The position numbers and the translations under genes are program-made. The notes under the pieces are model-generated. The model saw only the letters and a list, made by a program, of their open reading frames with translations. It was not told where the DNA came from and searched no databases. 64,000 nt of DNA from Minisyncoccota bacterium (GTDB lineage Bacteria > Patescibacteriota > Minisyncoccia > Phycocordibacterales > BOKC01): the NCBI GenBank assembly GCA_030583745.1, contig CP129473.1:204551-268550 (forward strand), in the 5' to 3' direction. Each line of letters starts with the position of its first letter. Position 1 is the first letter of the stretch. Shown here one piece after another: positions 47,397-57,427 of the stretch.

Positions 47397-48449
47397 ATGC
47401 CAACACAAACAAGTCATACAAATAATACGCTTAGCTTTGACCCGAAAGAGTTGAATCAAAAACTCTTGGCCATTATGCCCAAAAGAGCGGCTAATATTCT
47501 GACCCTAAGATTTGGTCTTGGAAAAAGCCCTAAAAAGTTGACTCTCGAATCTATTGGCCAAAAATATGACATTACTAGAGAAAGGGTCAGGCAGGTTGAA
47601 GAATACTCATTAAAATTCATCAGAAAATCAAAAGAATACGAGAATGAGGCATCGGCCTATGAAGAGCTGAAAAAAGCGCTTAAATCATTCGGTGGAATTG
47701 TCAAGGAAAATGATTTTCTAGAACATATCTCCAAAGACAAGAGCGTCCAAAACCATGTCCATTTTATGCTTGTGATATCTCATCATTTCAAAAAGATGAA
47801 AGAGGATGAAGAATTTCACCACCGTTGGCATATTGAGCCGGAATTAGCCGACAAAATCCACAACGCCCTAAAGAAGTTATATGAAAATCTAGAAGATGAA
47901 AAAATAGTTCCTGAATCAGAGATTGTAAAAATGTTCCTTGAACACATCCAAGATGTATCCGAGGAATACAAGAACGAAGAAATTGCCAAAAGGTGGCTCA
48001 CACTTTCAAAGAAAATTGGCAAAAATATGTTGGGTGATTGGGGCAAAGCCAGTTCCTCAAACATCAGAACAAAAGGCATAAAAGATTACGCTTATCTTGT
48101 GGTCAGGAAACACGGCTCACCTCTCCATTTCAGGGAAGTTGCCAAATTGATAGAAGAAACTTTCAAGAAAAAAGCTCATGCCGCTACAACCCACAACGAA
48201 CTTATAAAAGATAAAAGATTTGTCCTAGTCGGCAGGGGACTTTATGCCTTAACCGAGTGGGGATACACCCCGGGCATTGTCCGAGATGTAATAAAAGAAG
48301 TTATAGAAAAAGAGGGCCCCCTACCAAGAAAAGAAGTTATAGAAAAAGTCTTAGAAAAAAGACACGTTCAACCAAACACCGTATTAGTAAATCTACAAAA
48401 TCCAAAGTTTTTCAGAAAAGATAAAGAAGGAAGATACTCTGTTGTTTAA
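47397..48449 (+). CDS. sigma-70 region-4-like HTH protein with a C-terminal domain of unknown function
   Basis: N-terminal LTLRFGL...TLESIGQKYDITRERVRQVEEYSLKFIRK resembles sigma region 4.2; no regions 2 or 3. Confidence 0.45.
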   Translation: MPTQTSHTNNTLSFDPKELNQKLLAIMPKRAANILTLRFGLGKSPKKLTLESIGQKYDITRERVRQVEEYSLKFIRKSKEYENEASAYEELKKALKSFGGIVKENDFLEHISKDKSVQNHVHFMLVISHHFKKMKEDEEFHHRWHIEPELADKIHNALKKLYENLEDEKIVPESEIVKMFLEHIQDVSEEYKNEEIAKRWLTLSKKIGKNMLGDWGKASSSNIRTKGIKDYAYLVVRKHGSPLHFREVAKLIEETFKKKAHAATTHNELIKDKRFVLVGRGLYALTEWGYTPGIVRDVIKEVIEKEGPLPRKEVIEKVLEKRHVQPNTVLVNLQNPKFFRKDKEGRYSVV

Positions 48450-48491
48450 ACGGTATTGGCGAAATAAACATGTTGGGCTAAAATATAGCTC

Positions 48492-49751
48492 ATGGTTGAA
48501 ATTTTTAACCAATTCTCTCTCGTATTTTCACAATCTATAAAAATAACGTTTTTCGCTTTGGTTATTGCAAGCCCTTTTCTTTTGGGCTTTCTTTTTTTCA
48601 GCTCTTGGCTTAGATACATACGGACTCGTTATATTTTCAAACAAGAATACGTGCTTCTTGAAATAAAAATGCCAAGAGAAATAATCAAGTCTCCAGTAGC
48701 AATGGAGATATTTTTGATGTCCCTTTACCAAACGGGAGCGGTAACTTATACCGATACTTACATCCTCGGCAAGATAAAGCCGTGGTTTTCGCTGGAAATT
48801 ATTTCACAAGGTGGGGAAGTCAGATTTTTCATCTGGGCGCAGGCAAAATACAAGAATCTGATTGAAACCCAGATTTACGCCCAATATCAAGATGTGGAGA
48901 TATATGAAGCCAACGACTACACAACCGCTGTCAAACATGATCCAAAAAATATGATAATGTGGGGGACTTATTACGGTCTTAAAGAAAAGGATGTCTATCC
49001 GATAAAAACTTATATTGACTACGGATTGGAAAAAGAGACAAAAGAAGAAGAATACAAAGTTGACCCATTTGCTTCAGTCATAGAATATCTCGGCTCAATG
49101 AAAGAGGGAGAACAGGTGTGGATTCAGATTTTAATCCAAGCTCACAAAAAAGAGGGCTTGAGAGAGGGACGATTATTTAAAAAACAGAATTGGAAAAATG
49201 AGGCCCAAAAAGAGATACAAAAAATACAAGCAGACATGATGCTTGATTCAGCTCACATGAGAATGATGACGGAGATGGAAAAAGAAAAGATAACGGCAAT
49301 TGAAAGAAGTTTGGGTAAATTTGCCTTTGACTGCATGATAAGAGCTTTTTACATCAGTAAAAAAGAGTCCTTTAACGAAATTGCAATACCTGGTCTCATA
49401 GGTAGCATAAGGCAATATAATTCAAACAACCTGAACGGCTTTCAGCTCGGACTATATACCGACCACACCGACAATGAAAAAGATTGGATAAATATTGGAA
49501 GTATTTTTTTTCCGCCTTTAAATAAAATGATGGACAAAAGGAGGTCAAAACTGGAATACCAAATGCTTGAAGCATATAAGATGAGATCGTTTTTCCAACC
49601 TCCATATAAAAATTACCGCACCAAGCCATTTATCCTAACAACCGAAGAACTCGCAACCATATATCATTTCCCAGGCAAAATCGCTTCCACCCCAACCTTA
49701 TCAAGAATTGGCTCACGTAAAGCCAAACCGCCACCAAATTTGCCAGTCTAA
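48492..49751 (+). CDS. hypothetical membrane-anchored protein
   Basis: N-terminal TM followed by a 370-aa domain with no recognisable motifs. Confidence 0.35.
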   Translation: MVEIFNQFSLVFSQSIKITFFALVIASPFLLGFLFFSSWLRYIRTRYIFKQEYVLLEIKMPREIIKSPVAMEIFLMSLYQTGAVTYTDTYILGKIKPWFSLEIISQGGEVRFFIWAQAKYKNLIETQIYAQYQDVEIYEANDYTTAVKHDPKNMIMWGTYYGLKEKDVYPIKTYIDYGLEKETKEEEYKVDPFASVIEYLGSMKEGEQVWIQILIQAHKKEGLREGRLFKKQNWKNEAQKEIQKIQADMMLDSAHMRMMTEMEKEKITAIERSLGKFAFDCMIRAFYISKKESFNEIAIPGLIGSIRQYNSNNLNGFQLGLYTDHTDNEKDWINIGSIFFPPLNKMMDKRRSKLEYQMLEAYKMRSFFQPPYKNYRTKPFILTTEELATIYHFPGKIASTPTLSRIGSRKAKPPPNLPV

Positions 49752-49752
49752 G

Positions 49753-50799
49753 ATGCAAATCAACAATCTCAAACAATTAAAAGAGAGAGTGAAATTATCT
49801 ATTAAAAACTTTTTAAATCGATATTTTTCTGCTTGGCGAAAAAAGAAAACAAAATTCGTCATAGCGCATTTTGGTATTTTGGCTTTGGTCGCTTTTTTAT
49901 TTTTCTTCAATGCTTTTTTTGCCGCACCAACAAACTTTCCAGAGTCATCAATTTTTTCTGTTCAAGGTGGCGAAACTTTAAACCGAATATCTTTTGGTCT
50001 TCAAGAAGAAAACATTGTCAAATCAGCTTTTTGGTTTAGAAACGCCGCGATCCTACTAAGGGGGGAGAGAGGAATTAAATCCGGCGAATACTTTTTCAAC
50101 CAGCCAGAAAACGCTTTTGAGGTTGCAAAAAGATTAAGAGACGGGGACTTCGGATTATCACCAATCAGAATTACGATTCCCGAAGGGTTAAATGTTTTTG
50201 AAATAGCAGAAATTCTGGCCACAGAACTTCCAGAATTTGATAAACACCATTTCGTAAAAACAGCACAAGAAAGTGAGGGGTTTTTATTTCCGGATACCTA
50301 TTTTTTACCGCCAAATGCAAAAGTTGAGTTGATAATAGACGTAATGCAAAGAAATTTTCAGCAAAGAATTTCAAAGATAGAAGATATGCTAAAAGATTTC
50401 GGCAAGCCGATAGAGGAAATCATCAGCTTGGCCTCGATAGTAGAGACCGAGGCCAGAGATCCGGAAACTCGGCGTATCATTTCCGGTATACTTTGGCGCC
50501 GACTTGAAATCGGCATGCCACTTCAAGTCGATGTGACCTTCAAATATATAAACGGAAAAAATACTTACCAACTGACAAGCGAGGATTTAAAGATAGATTC
50601 ACCATACAACACTTATGTCTACGCCGGTCTACCACCGACCCCGATTGCCAACCCCAGCATCGACGCGATTTTGGCGGCAATTGAACCGGTTGAGACAAAA
50701 TTCTTGTATTTTTTGTCTGACAAACTCGGTAATATGTATTACGCTGCGACTCATGAAGAACATGTTTTAAACAAAAGAAAATATTTAAATTTACAATAA
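49753..50799 (+). CDS. mltG: endolytic murein transglycosylase MltG (YceG family)
   Basis: N-terminal TM and YceG-like domain (IRITIPEG...); start placed at MQINNL. Confidence 0.8.
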   Translation: MQINNLKQLKERVKLSIKNFLNRYFSAWRKKKTKFVIAHFGILALVAFLFFFNAFFAAPTNFPESSIFSVQGGETLNRISFGLQEENIVKSAFWFRNAAILLRGERGIKSGEYFFNQPENAFEVAKRLRDGDFGLSPIRITIPEGLNVFEIAEILATELPEFDKHHFVKTAQESEGFLFPDTYFLPPNAKVELIIDVMQRNFQQRISKIEDMLKDFGKPIEEIISLASIVETEARDPETRRIISGILWRRLEIGMPLQVDVTFKYINGKNTYQLTSEDLKIDSPYNTYVYAGLPPTPIANPSIDAILAAIEPVETKFLYFLSDKLGNMYYAATHEEHVLNKRKYLNLQ

Positions 50800-50805
50800 T
50801 TTAAA

Positions 50806-51633
50806 ATGACAAAAATTTTAAAAGCAGACAGACGGTTGGAAGATTTTGACAAAGAAAAGCTAATTAATTCTTTGATCAATTCCGGCGCCAACCAAGGTCT
50901 CGCTGTAGAAATAGCAGAACACATACAAAGAGAGCTGAAAGACGGAATGAGTTCCGACCAAATCTCCAAGCACTCGGCATTTTTATTGGAGAAACATTCG
51001 AAAAAAGTAGCCGTCAGTTATTCTTTAAAAAACGCAGTGTTAGCGCTCGGACCGTCTGGGTTTCCTTTTGAAAAATTCATCGCTGAAATTTTAAAAGAAA
51101 AAGGTTATCAAACTCTGGTTGGAGAAATTGTCACTGGCCAATGTGCCGAACACGAGCTTGATGTTCTGGCGTTCAATGAAAACAAACTTATTGCGATAGA
51201 GGCAAAATTTCACAATGAACACGGGATCAGAAGCGATTTAAAGGTGGCACTCTATGTTCAAGCCCGTTTTGAGGACCTGTTGCAGAAAGAATACGATTAT
51301 GGAGGGAAAAGAAAATTCAATGAAAATTGGCTCATCACAAACACCAAATTTACTTCAAGCGCTTTTAAATACGGAAAGTGCAAAGGTATGACAATGATCG
51401 GCTGGAATTATCCCAAAGAGGGCAATCTGCAAGACATGATAGAAGATTCCGGTCTTCACCCCCTGACTTGCCTTACAACCCTAAGTCAAAAGCAAAAAAT
51501 AGAAGCCCTAAAAAGCGGAGAGGTCTTGTGCAAAAAATTGCATAATAACGAAGGGTTGTTAAAATCTATAGGCATCAGTGGCGAAAAAATGGATGAAGTG
51601 AAAAGAGAAATAAATTTAGTTTGTGAAATTTAA
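50806..51633 (+). CDS. ATP-cone domain fused to PD-(D/E)xK (Mrr-like) restriction-endonuclease-fold domain
   Basis: N-terminal ILKADRRLEDFDKEKLINSLI (ATP-cone, as in NrdR); central ELDVLAF...IAIEAKF nuclease core. Confidence 0.5.
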   Translation: MTKILKADRRLEDFDKEKLINSLINSGANQGLAVEIAEHIQRELKDGMSSDQISKHSAFLLEKHSKKVAVSYSLKNAVLALGPSGFPFEKFIAEILKEKGYQTLVGEIVTGQCAEHELDVLAFNENKLIAIEAKFHNEHGIRSDLKVALYVQARFEDLLQKEYDYGGKRKFNENWLITNTKFTSSAFKYGKCKGMTMIGWNYPKEGNLQDMIEDSGLHPLTCLTTLSQKQKIEALKSGEVLCKKLHNNEGLLKSIGISGEKMDEVKREINLVCEI

Positions 51634-51641
51634 AAATCAAT

Positions 51642-52118
51642 ATGGAGTTATTACAAGAATATATGCCTTATCTTCAGCTAATTCTGGCTTTAGCCCTTGG
51701 TGTTATTTTGGGGTTGGAGAGAACTTTTGCTGGCAAGGTCGCCGGTGTTAGAACTTTCGGTTTGGTTTCAATGGGCGCCTGTCTTTTAATCATCTCGTCT
51801 GTCTTGGTAAACCAAAACTTTATCGGCATAACAAATTTTGACCCAATGCGTCTTGCCGCCGGCATTATAACCGGCATCGGTTTTATCGGCGCCGGACTTA
51901 TTATTCTCAAAGAAAACAAGCTTGAAGGTCTAACCACTGCCGCCGGACTTTGGGTGTCTTGTGGTATTGGAATCGCTGTTGGTTTTAAGCTTTTCGGATT
52001 GGCTGTCTTTGCCGCTTTCTTGGTATTTTTGACCTTTACCTTAATGTGGTTTGTTGAGGACAAATTCAGAAAGACAATTCAGAAAAATGCATCCGACTAT
52101 CAAGGGCCAGAAATATAA
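51642..52118 (+). CDS. mgtC: MgtC/SapB family membrane protein
   Basis: ALALGVILGLERTFAGKVAGVRTFGLVSMGAC matches the MgtC signature. Confidence 0.8.
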   Translation: MELLQEYMPYLQLILALALGVILGLERTFAGKVAGVRTFGLVSMGACLLIISSVLVNQNFIGITNFDPMRLAAGIITGIGFIGAGLIILKENKLEGLTTAAGLWVSCGIGIAVGFKLFGLAVFAAFLVFLTFTLMWFVEDKFRKTIQKNASDYQGPEI

Positions 52119-52127
52119 CTTTAAAAA

Positions 52128-52985
52128 GTGCCGACTAGAAACCAGAAAAAATTAAGCCGGTCAAAAATCGACCTTTTTATAGAGTGTCAGAGGTGTTTTT
52201 ATCTAGACCAAAAACTCAAAGTTAAAAGACCTGGAATGCCGGCTTTCACCTTAAACAGCGCGGTCGACCATCTTTTAAAAAAAGAGTTTGACATTCATCG
52301 CGCCGGAAAACAAGCTCACCCAATGATGGAAAAATACGGCATCAAAGCCGTGCCGTTTGAGCACCCTGATTTGGAAAAGTGGCGACACAATTTTACTGGT
52401 ATTCAATATCTGCATCCGGAAACCGGTTTTTTGGTTTTCGGAGCGATTGATGATGTTTGGATTAACGACAAGACAAAAGAACTCCACATCGTTGATTACA
52501 AAGCAACAAGTAAGAGTGAGAAGCCGAATTTGGAAGGCAGGTGGCAACAGGCCTATAAAAGGCAGATGGAAATTTACCAATGGCTGTTCAGGCAAAATAA
52601 TTTTAAAGTTTCAGACACCGGCTACTTTGTTTATGTCAACGGACGGAAAGACGAAAAAGCATTTGATGGTCGGCTGGAATTCGATGTTGATATAATTTCT
52701 TACAAAGGCAACGACGGTTGGATAGAGAATACTCTTATTGAAATTGCTGAGACTTTTGAAAAAAAAGAATTACCGGAAGCGGCGGAAAATTGCGAACACT
52801 GCGCTTACAGAAAAAATTCCACTTTAGCTATAAAAGAATTATACGGAAATGTCGGCAAGTCAAAAATCCCGCCCGCACCCGAACACGCTCAAATAAAAAA
52901 AACTACTAAAAGTAAAAGGGGTGCGGAGAAGGAAAATTTGCCGGCCGATAAAATTCGAGAACCTAAAGATCAGACTTTGTTTTAG
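52128..52985 (+). CDS. PD-(D/E)xK nuclease superfamily protein (Cas4/RecB-like fold) with Cys clusters
   Basis: CQRC N-terminal, IVDYK core and CEHCAY C-terminal Cys motif. Confidence 0.45.
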   Translation: MPTRNQKKLSRSKIDLFIECQRCFYLDQKLKVKRPGMPAFTLNSAVDHLLKKEFDIHRAGKQAHPMMEKYGIKAVPFEHPDLEKWRHNFTGIQYLHPETGFLVFGAIDDVWINDKTKELHIVDYKATSKSEKPNLEGRWQQAYKRQMEIYQWLFRQNNFKVSDTGYFVYVNGRKDEKAFDGRLEFDVDIISYKGNDGWIENTLIEIAETFEKKELPEAAENCEHCAYRKNSTLAIKELYGNVGKSKIPPAPEHAQIKKTTKSKRGAEKENLPADKIREPKDQTLF

Positions 52986-53031
52986 AAAGACCATTCTTTC
53001 GCCGAACAAAATTACGGGAAATAAAAAATTT

Positions 53032-53280
53032 ATGAAATTCAAAGAGCGGGTTTTGAAAATCGTTTCAAAAATCCCAAAAGGAAAAACTTTAACGTACAAA
53101 GAAGTGGCCCGGAAAGCCCAAAGTCCTAGGGCTTTCCGGGCCGTGGGAAATATTCTTAATAAAAATTATGATCCAAAAATCCCATGTCACCGAGTAATAA
53201 AATCTAATGGCGAAATCGGGGAATATAACCGAGGTAAGAAGTTAAAAGTTTTCAAGTTAAAGAAAGAAAAGGCGATATGA
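53032..53280 (+). CDS. MGMT-family DNA-binding domain protein (6-O-methylguanine-DNA methyltransferase-like)
   Basis: TYKEVARKA...PCHRVI motif (PCHR active-site Cys); 82 aa. Confidence 0.65.
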   Translation: MKFKERVLKIVSKIPKGKTLTYKEVARKAQSPRAFRAVGNILNKNYDPKIPCHRVIKSNGEIGEYNRGKKLKVFKLKKEKAI

Positions 53281-53894
53281 AAGAGCCAGAAAAAGAGAAA
53301 ACAGAACGGTTTGAACAAATGAAAAAAATCAGGGACGAAGTGGTGGATTTGAAAAGGTCGCCACTTTATGAATTCAGAACTTCGGAAGGTAACGTACCGG
53401 TTATCGGGGAGGGAAGTCATTTTGCAAAAATAATGTTTATCGGCGAGGCACCGGGAAAAAATGAAGCAGCTACCGGTCGGCCTTTTTGCGGAGCATCGGG
53501 AAGAATTTTGGACGAACTTTTGGCAAGTATAAAAATTCCACGCTCCGAAGTTTACATAACCAACATAGTTAAAGATCGTCCGCCGGGCAATCGAGACCCG
53601 CTGCCGGAAGAAGTTGAACTTTACGGACCGTTTTTGGACCGGCAAATTAACATCATCCAGCCGAAAATCATTGCTACTTTAGGTCGCCATTCAATGGCTT
53701 ACATTTTCCATAAATTTGATTTGGATTTTGAATTGGACACGATTTCTAAAATTCACGGAAAATCTTTTGATGTTAAGACCTCATTTGGCCAAATAAAAAT
53801 CGTCGCTCTTTTCCATCCGGCCGTCGCTGTCTATGACGCCTCCAAGAAAGACGTCCTGAAAGAAGATTTCAAGATTCTAAAAGATTTAATTTAG
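53277..53894 (+). CDS. uracil-DNA glycosylase, family 4
   Basis: GEAPG...GRPFCGASG motifs and a C-terminal HPA motif. Confidence 0.85.
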   Translation: MKEPEKEKTERFEQMKKIRDEVVDLKRSPLYEFRTSEGNVPVIGEGSHFAKIMFIGEAPGKNEAATGRPFCGASGRILDELLASIKIPRSEVYITNIVKDRPPGNRDPLPEEVELYGPFLDRQINIIQPKIIATLGRHSMAYIFHKFDLDFELDTISKIHGKSFDVKTSFGQIKIVALFHPAVAVYDASKKDVLKEDFKILKDLI

Positions 53895-53902
53895 TCCCTT
53901 TT

Positions 53903-54448
53903 CTAACTCCTGTTAGATTTTACAAAATCAATAAAAGTATCTATCGCCTTTTTTAGTCGCTCTTTTGTCGCCTCATCTGTAAGCTCGCCGTCAGCGCTAA
54001 ATTTATCTTGAGCGGCAGAGAGATAAAATTCTGGCTGGCCGAGTACCCGAGCATCCAAGTATAAAAGAGCTTGTTTTAAGTTGTATTGCGAAAGTGCTGT
54101 TCCGATATTTCCAACAGTTGCGCCCAAAACAAGAACTGGTTTCCCGGCAATTGAATTTTTACCGTAGGGTCGGGAAAACCAATCTACGGCATTTTTTAGA
54201 GGCGCAGGAATTGTCCGGTTAAATTCCGGAGTAAAAAATATGATACCGTCTGCTTGCTCAATAACTTTCTTCAATTTTTCTGCCGACTTTGGAAAATCTT
54301 CTTCCAAATCTTGATTGTAGAGAGGTAAATCGGCTATTTCAGCTTCATTCAAGTTCACACCTTCGGGCAAGACTTGGCCAAACGCCTTAAAAAGCATCCT
54401 GTTATAAGAATCTTTGCGCAAACTACCGATAATACCGAGAAAATTCAT
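53903..54448 (-). CDS. NAD(P)H-dependent FMN reductase (flavodoxin-like fold)
   Basis: IIGSLRKDSYN N-terminal motif of the SsuE/YieF family. Confidence 0.65.
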   Translation of the reverse strand: MNFLGIIGSLRKDSYNRMLFKAFGQVLPEGVNLNEAEIADLPLYNQDLEEDFPKSAEKLKKVIEQADGIIFFTPEFNRTIPAPLKNAVDWFSRPYGKNSIAGKPVLVLGATVGNIGTALSQYNLKQALLYLDARVLGQPEFYLSAAQDKFSADGELTDEATKERLKKAIDTFIDFVKSNRS

Positions 54449-54535
54449 TCTTTACATATTATCACTTTTTGGTCATTCCTGGAACAAGGGTCAACTTTTT
54501 TATTTGAAAAGACTAAATGATATACTTTTAAACGT

Positions 54536-56230
54536 ATGACTTCCGGAGAAATTCGTCGAAAATTTTTAAATTTTTTTGAAAAAAGGGGGCACAAAATCAT
54601 CCAATCTTCTTCTTTGATTCCAGAAAATGATCCGACCGTGCTTTTTACAACTGCCGGCATGCAGCAGTTTAAGCCATACTACCTTGGCGATAGCGACGCA
54701 ATGAAAGATTTTGGATCGCTCAATACTGCGACAGTTCAAAAATGCATGAGAACATCCGACATTGATGAAGTTGGCGATGAGACACATCTGACTTTTTTTG
54801 AAATGCTTGGAAATTTTTCTTTCGGCGGATATGGAAAAAGAGAAGCAATTTCCTACGCTCATGAATTCATAACAAAAGACCTCGGTTTAGAAATTTCATA
54901 CGTTACCATTTTTGAGGGCTCGCATGGCGTGCCGAAAGATGAAGAGTCAAAAGAAATTTGGCAGTCACTCGGCCTAACTAACATTCGAGAAGAGGGAATT
55001 GGAGACGTCTTCTGGGGACCAACCGGCTCCGGCGGCCCTTGTGGCCCGACAACGGAAATTTACTGTAAGAACGTGACCGGAAAAGATGTTGAAGTTTGGA
55101 ATATTGTTTTCAACCAATTTTATTATCCAGGCAGCCGGGAAGAATTACTCTCTGGCGAAAGTGGAAAGGAATTAAAGCCGCTTGCTCAAATGGGCGTTGA
55201 TACCGGAATGGGCCTCGAACGCCTCTCCATGATTTCCCAAAAAACTCCGACAATTTTCGAGACAGACTTATTTAACGGTTTTGTGGTTACCTTACCTGAC
55301 AATTTACCGGAAGATAAAAAAAGGGTTTTGGCCGACCACGCCCGCTCAATAAGTTTTCTCATTTCAGACGGAGTCCGCCCGGGAAATAAAGGATCTGGGT
55401 ACATTTTAAGGAGACTAGTAAGAAGAATTCTGGCGCAATTTGATATTGAAATCGTAAAGAATTCAATTAATTGGGTAACTGAGAAATACAAAGATGTTTA
55501 TCGAGAACTTGACGGAGTTTTAATAATGGAAGTCATAAATGAAGAATGGAAGCAATTTAATCAAACGCTTGAGCTCGGCATGAAAGAGTTGGACAAACTT
55601 GAGAATGTAAATCCTGAATCTGCTTTCAAACTTTATGAAAGCTTTGGTCTGCCGTTTGAAATCATACACGACGAATTTCCCAACTTAAGCCGAGAAGAAT
55701 TTGATAAAGAATTTAAGAAACACCAAGAAGTCTCCCGATCAGGACTGGATCAAAAATTTAAAGGGGGGCTGGCTGATGAGAGCGAGGAAACCATTAAGCT
55801 TCACACCACACACCATCTATTGCTCGCCGCACTCCAAAAAATTTTAGGGAAAGAAATTAAACAACGGGGAAGCAACATAACTTCCGAACGGCTGCGGATT
55901 GACTTCTCTTTTGAAAGAAAACTAACAGATGGGGAAAAACAAAAAATAGAGGACTTGGTAAATGAGTGGATTTCAGAAGGATTTGAAGTCGTTAGAAAAG
56001 AAATGAAAAAGGAAGAAGCCGAACAAATCGGCGCCGAAATGGAATTCGGCGCAAAATACCCGGATATGGTTTCGGTATATTTCATTCAAGATAAAGAAGG
56101 CAATACTATCAGCAAAGAATTCTGCGGGGGACCACATGTTAAAAACACCAACGAGCTAGGAAAATTTAAAATCAAAAAAGAAGAAGCGGTTTCGGCAGGA
56201 GTTAGGAGAATAAAAGCGGTATTGGACTAA
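54536..56230 (+). CDS. alaS: alanyl-tRNA synthetase (short form)
   Basis: Class II AlaRS catalytic core (FTTAGMQQFKP...) and HxxxH editing-type motif; 564 aa. Confidence 0.9.
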   Translation: MTSGEIRRKFLNFFEKRGHKIIQSSSLIPENDPTVLFTTAGMQQFKPYYLGDSDAMKDFGSLNTATVQKCMRTSDIDEVGDETHLTFFEMLGNFSFGGYGKREAISYAHEFITKDLGLEISYVTIFEGSHGVPKDEESKEIWQSLGLTNIREEGIGDVFWGPTGSGGPCGPTTEIYCKNVTGKDVEVWNIVFNQFYYPGSREELLSGESGKELKPLAQMGVDTGMGLERLSMISQKTPTIFETDLFNGFVVTLPDNLPEDKKRVLADHARSISFLISDGVRPGNKGSGYILRRLVRRILAQFDIEIVKNSINWVTEKYKDVYRELDGVLIMEVINEEWKQFNQTLELGMKELDKLENVNPESAFKLYESFGLPFEIIHDEFPNLSREEFDKEFKKHQEVSRSGLDQKFKGGLADESEETIKLHTTHHLLLAALQKILGKEIKQRGSNITSERLRIDFSFERKLTDGEKQKIEDLVNEWISEGFEVVRKEMKKEEAEQIGAEMEFGAKYPDMVSVYFIQDKEGNTISKEFCGGPHVKNTNELGKFKIKKEEAVSAGVRRIKAVLD

Positions 56231-56256
56231 AGTAGTAAAACGCTCTCATGTTATAA

Positions 56257-57390
56257 TTGATAGAAATGGCAGCGCTTTGGAAAAGTAAAAATAAAGAGTG
56301 CGATTTGATTATTGATATCTCAAGCCACAGTGTCGGTGCTGTTTTGACAGATTTTCAAAACACAAAACCGAAAATACTTTTCAGCCGGAGATTATACCTT
56401 CCCCTAGGAACTCTTGCGAGAGAAGCTTTAGAGAAAAAAACTTTGGAAAGTCTAGAAATAATACTTGATAATCTGCTAAAAGAAGAAGTAGCTCCGAAGA
56501 ATAAACAAATAAGAAAAATACTTTGCATAATGTCTGCCCCTTGGGTAGTATCCGGCGTTAATGAAATTTCAGCAAGAGAGGAAAAAGAAATTTTAATAAC
56601 CCAAAAAACGATTGATGCCTTGCTCGGAAAAGAAATGAGCGAGAAAAAAATAATTACCCAAACCGCGGTTACCATTGAAAAATGGTTGACCCAAATAAAA
56701 CTCAACGGTTATTTGATTAAAAATCCAATAGGCAAAAGAGCTCAAGATATCAAAGCCACAGCTTTTGAAAGCCGAGCAAGGACTGAATGGTTAGAAAAAG
56801 TAGAGAAAATAATTTTTCGACGTTTCCATCGCGAATCTTATTTCCATTCACACTCTTTCATCCTACTAAACGCTATTGAGCAATTATTTCCCGAAAACAA
56901 AAATTATCTCCTGATTGAAATCACGGGGGAGACAACCGAGTTAACTATTATCAAAAATGGAGTTATAAAAAGAATTTACAATTTTGGACTTGGCAAAAAT
57001 ATATTCTTGAAAAGTGTTGCTGAAAAATTTGGCGTTGAAGCCGATATCGCTCTCTCTTTCCTAAAAATCTATCAGGATAAGAAAGCTGAACAAAAATTCA
57101 GCAATGCAATAAGTGAGACTATAAGTATTGCCGAAAAAGATTGGATAAATTCTTTAAACAATTTTTTGGAAAATTCAAAAATCAAACCCCAAACCATATT
57201 TTTGTCTGTAGACCCATTGTTTGCCTCATTCTTCAAAAGTTATATTAGTAATTATCTGGGCAAAGAAGGCGAACGGAAAATAATTTCTCTTGGATCTGAA
57301 GCTTTGTCCCATTTTATAGATTTAAATGGCAACCAATATGATCCGACACTTGCGCTTGGCTTACTTTCTCTAAAACAAATACACAGCTAG
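56257..57390 (+). CDS. actin-like ATPase domain protein (PilM/FtsA-like)
   Basis: LIIDISSHSVGAV and LLIEITGETTELTII phosphate-binding motifs; C-terminal DPTLALGLL. Confidence 0.4.
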   Translation: MIEMAALWKSKNKECDLIIDISSHSVGAVLTDFQNTKPKILFSRRLYLPLGTLAREALEKKTLESLEIILDNLLKEEVAPKNKQIRKILCIMSAPWVVSGVNEISAREEKEILITQKTIDALLGKEMSEKKIITQTAVTIEKWLTQIKLNGYLIKNPIGKRAQDIKATAFESRARTEWLEKVEKIIFRRFHRESYFHSHSFILLNAIEQLFPENKNYLLIEITGETTELTIIKNGVIKRIYNFGLGKNIFLKSVAEKFGVEADIALSFLKIYQDKKAEQKFSNAISETISIAEKDWINSLNNFLENSKIKPQTIFLSVDPLFASFFKSYISNYLGKEGERKIISLGSEALSHFIDLNGNQYDPTLALGLLSLKQIHS

Positions 57391-57427
57391 AGATTGTGTT
57401 AATATTTTTTTAAGATAAAATTAGAAT

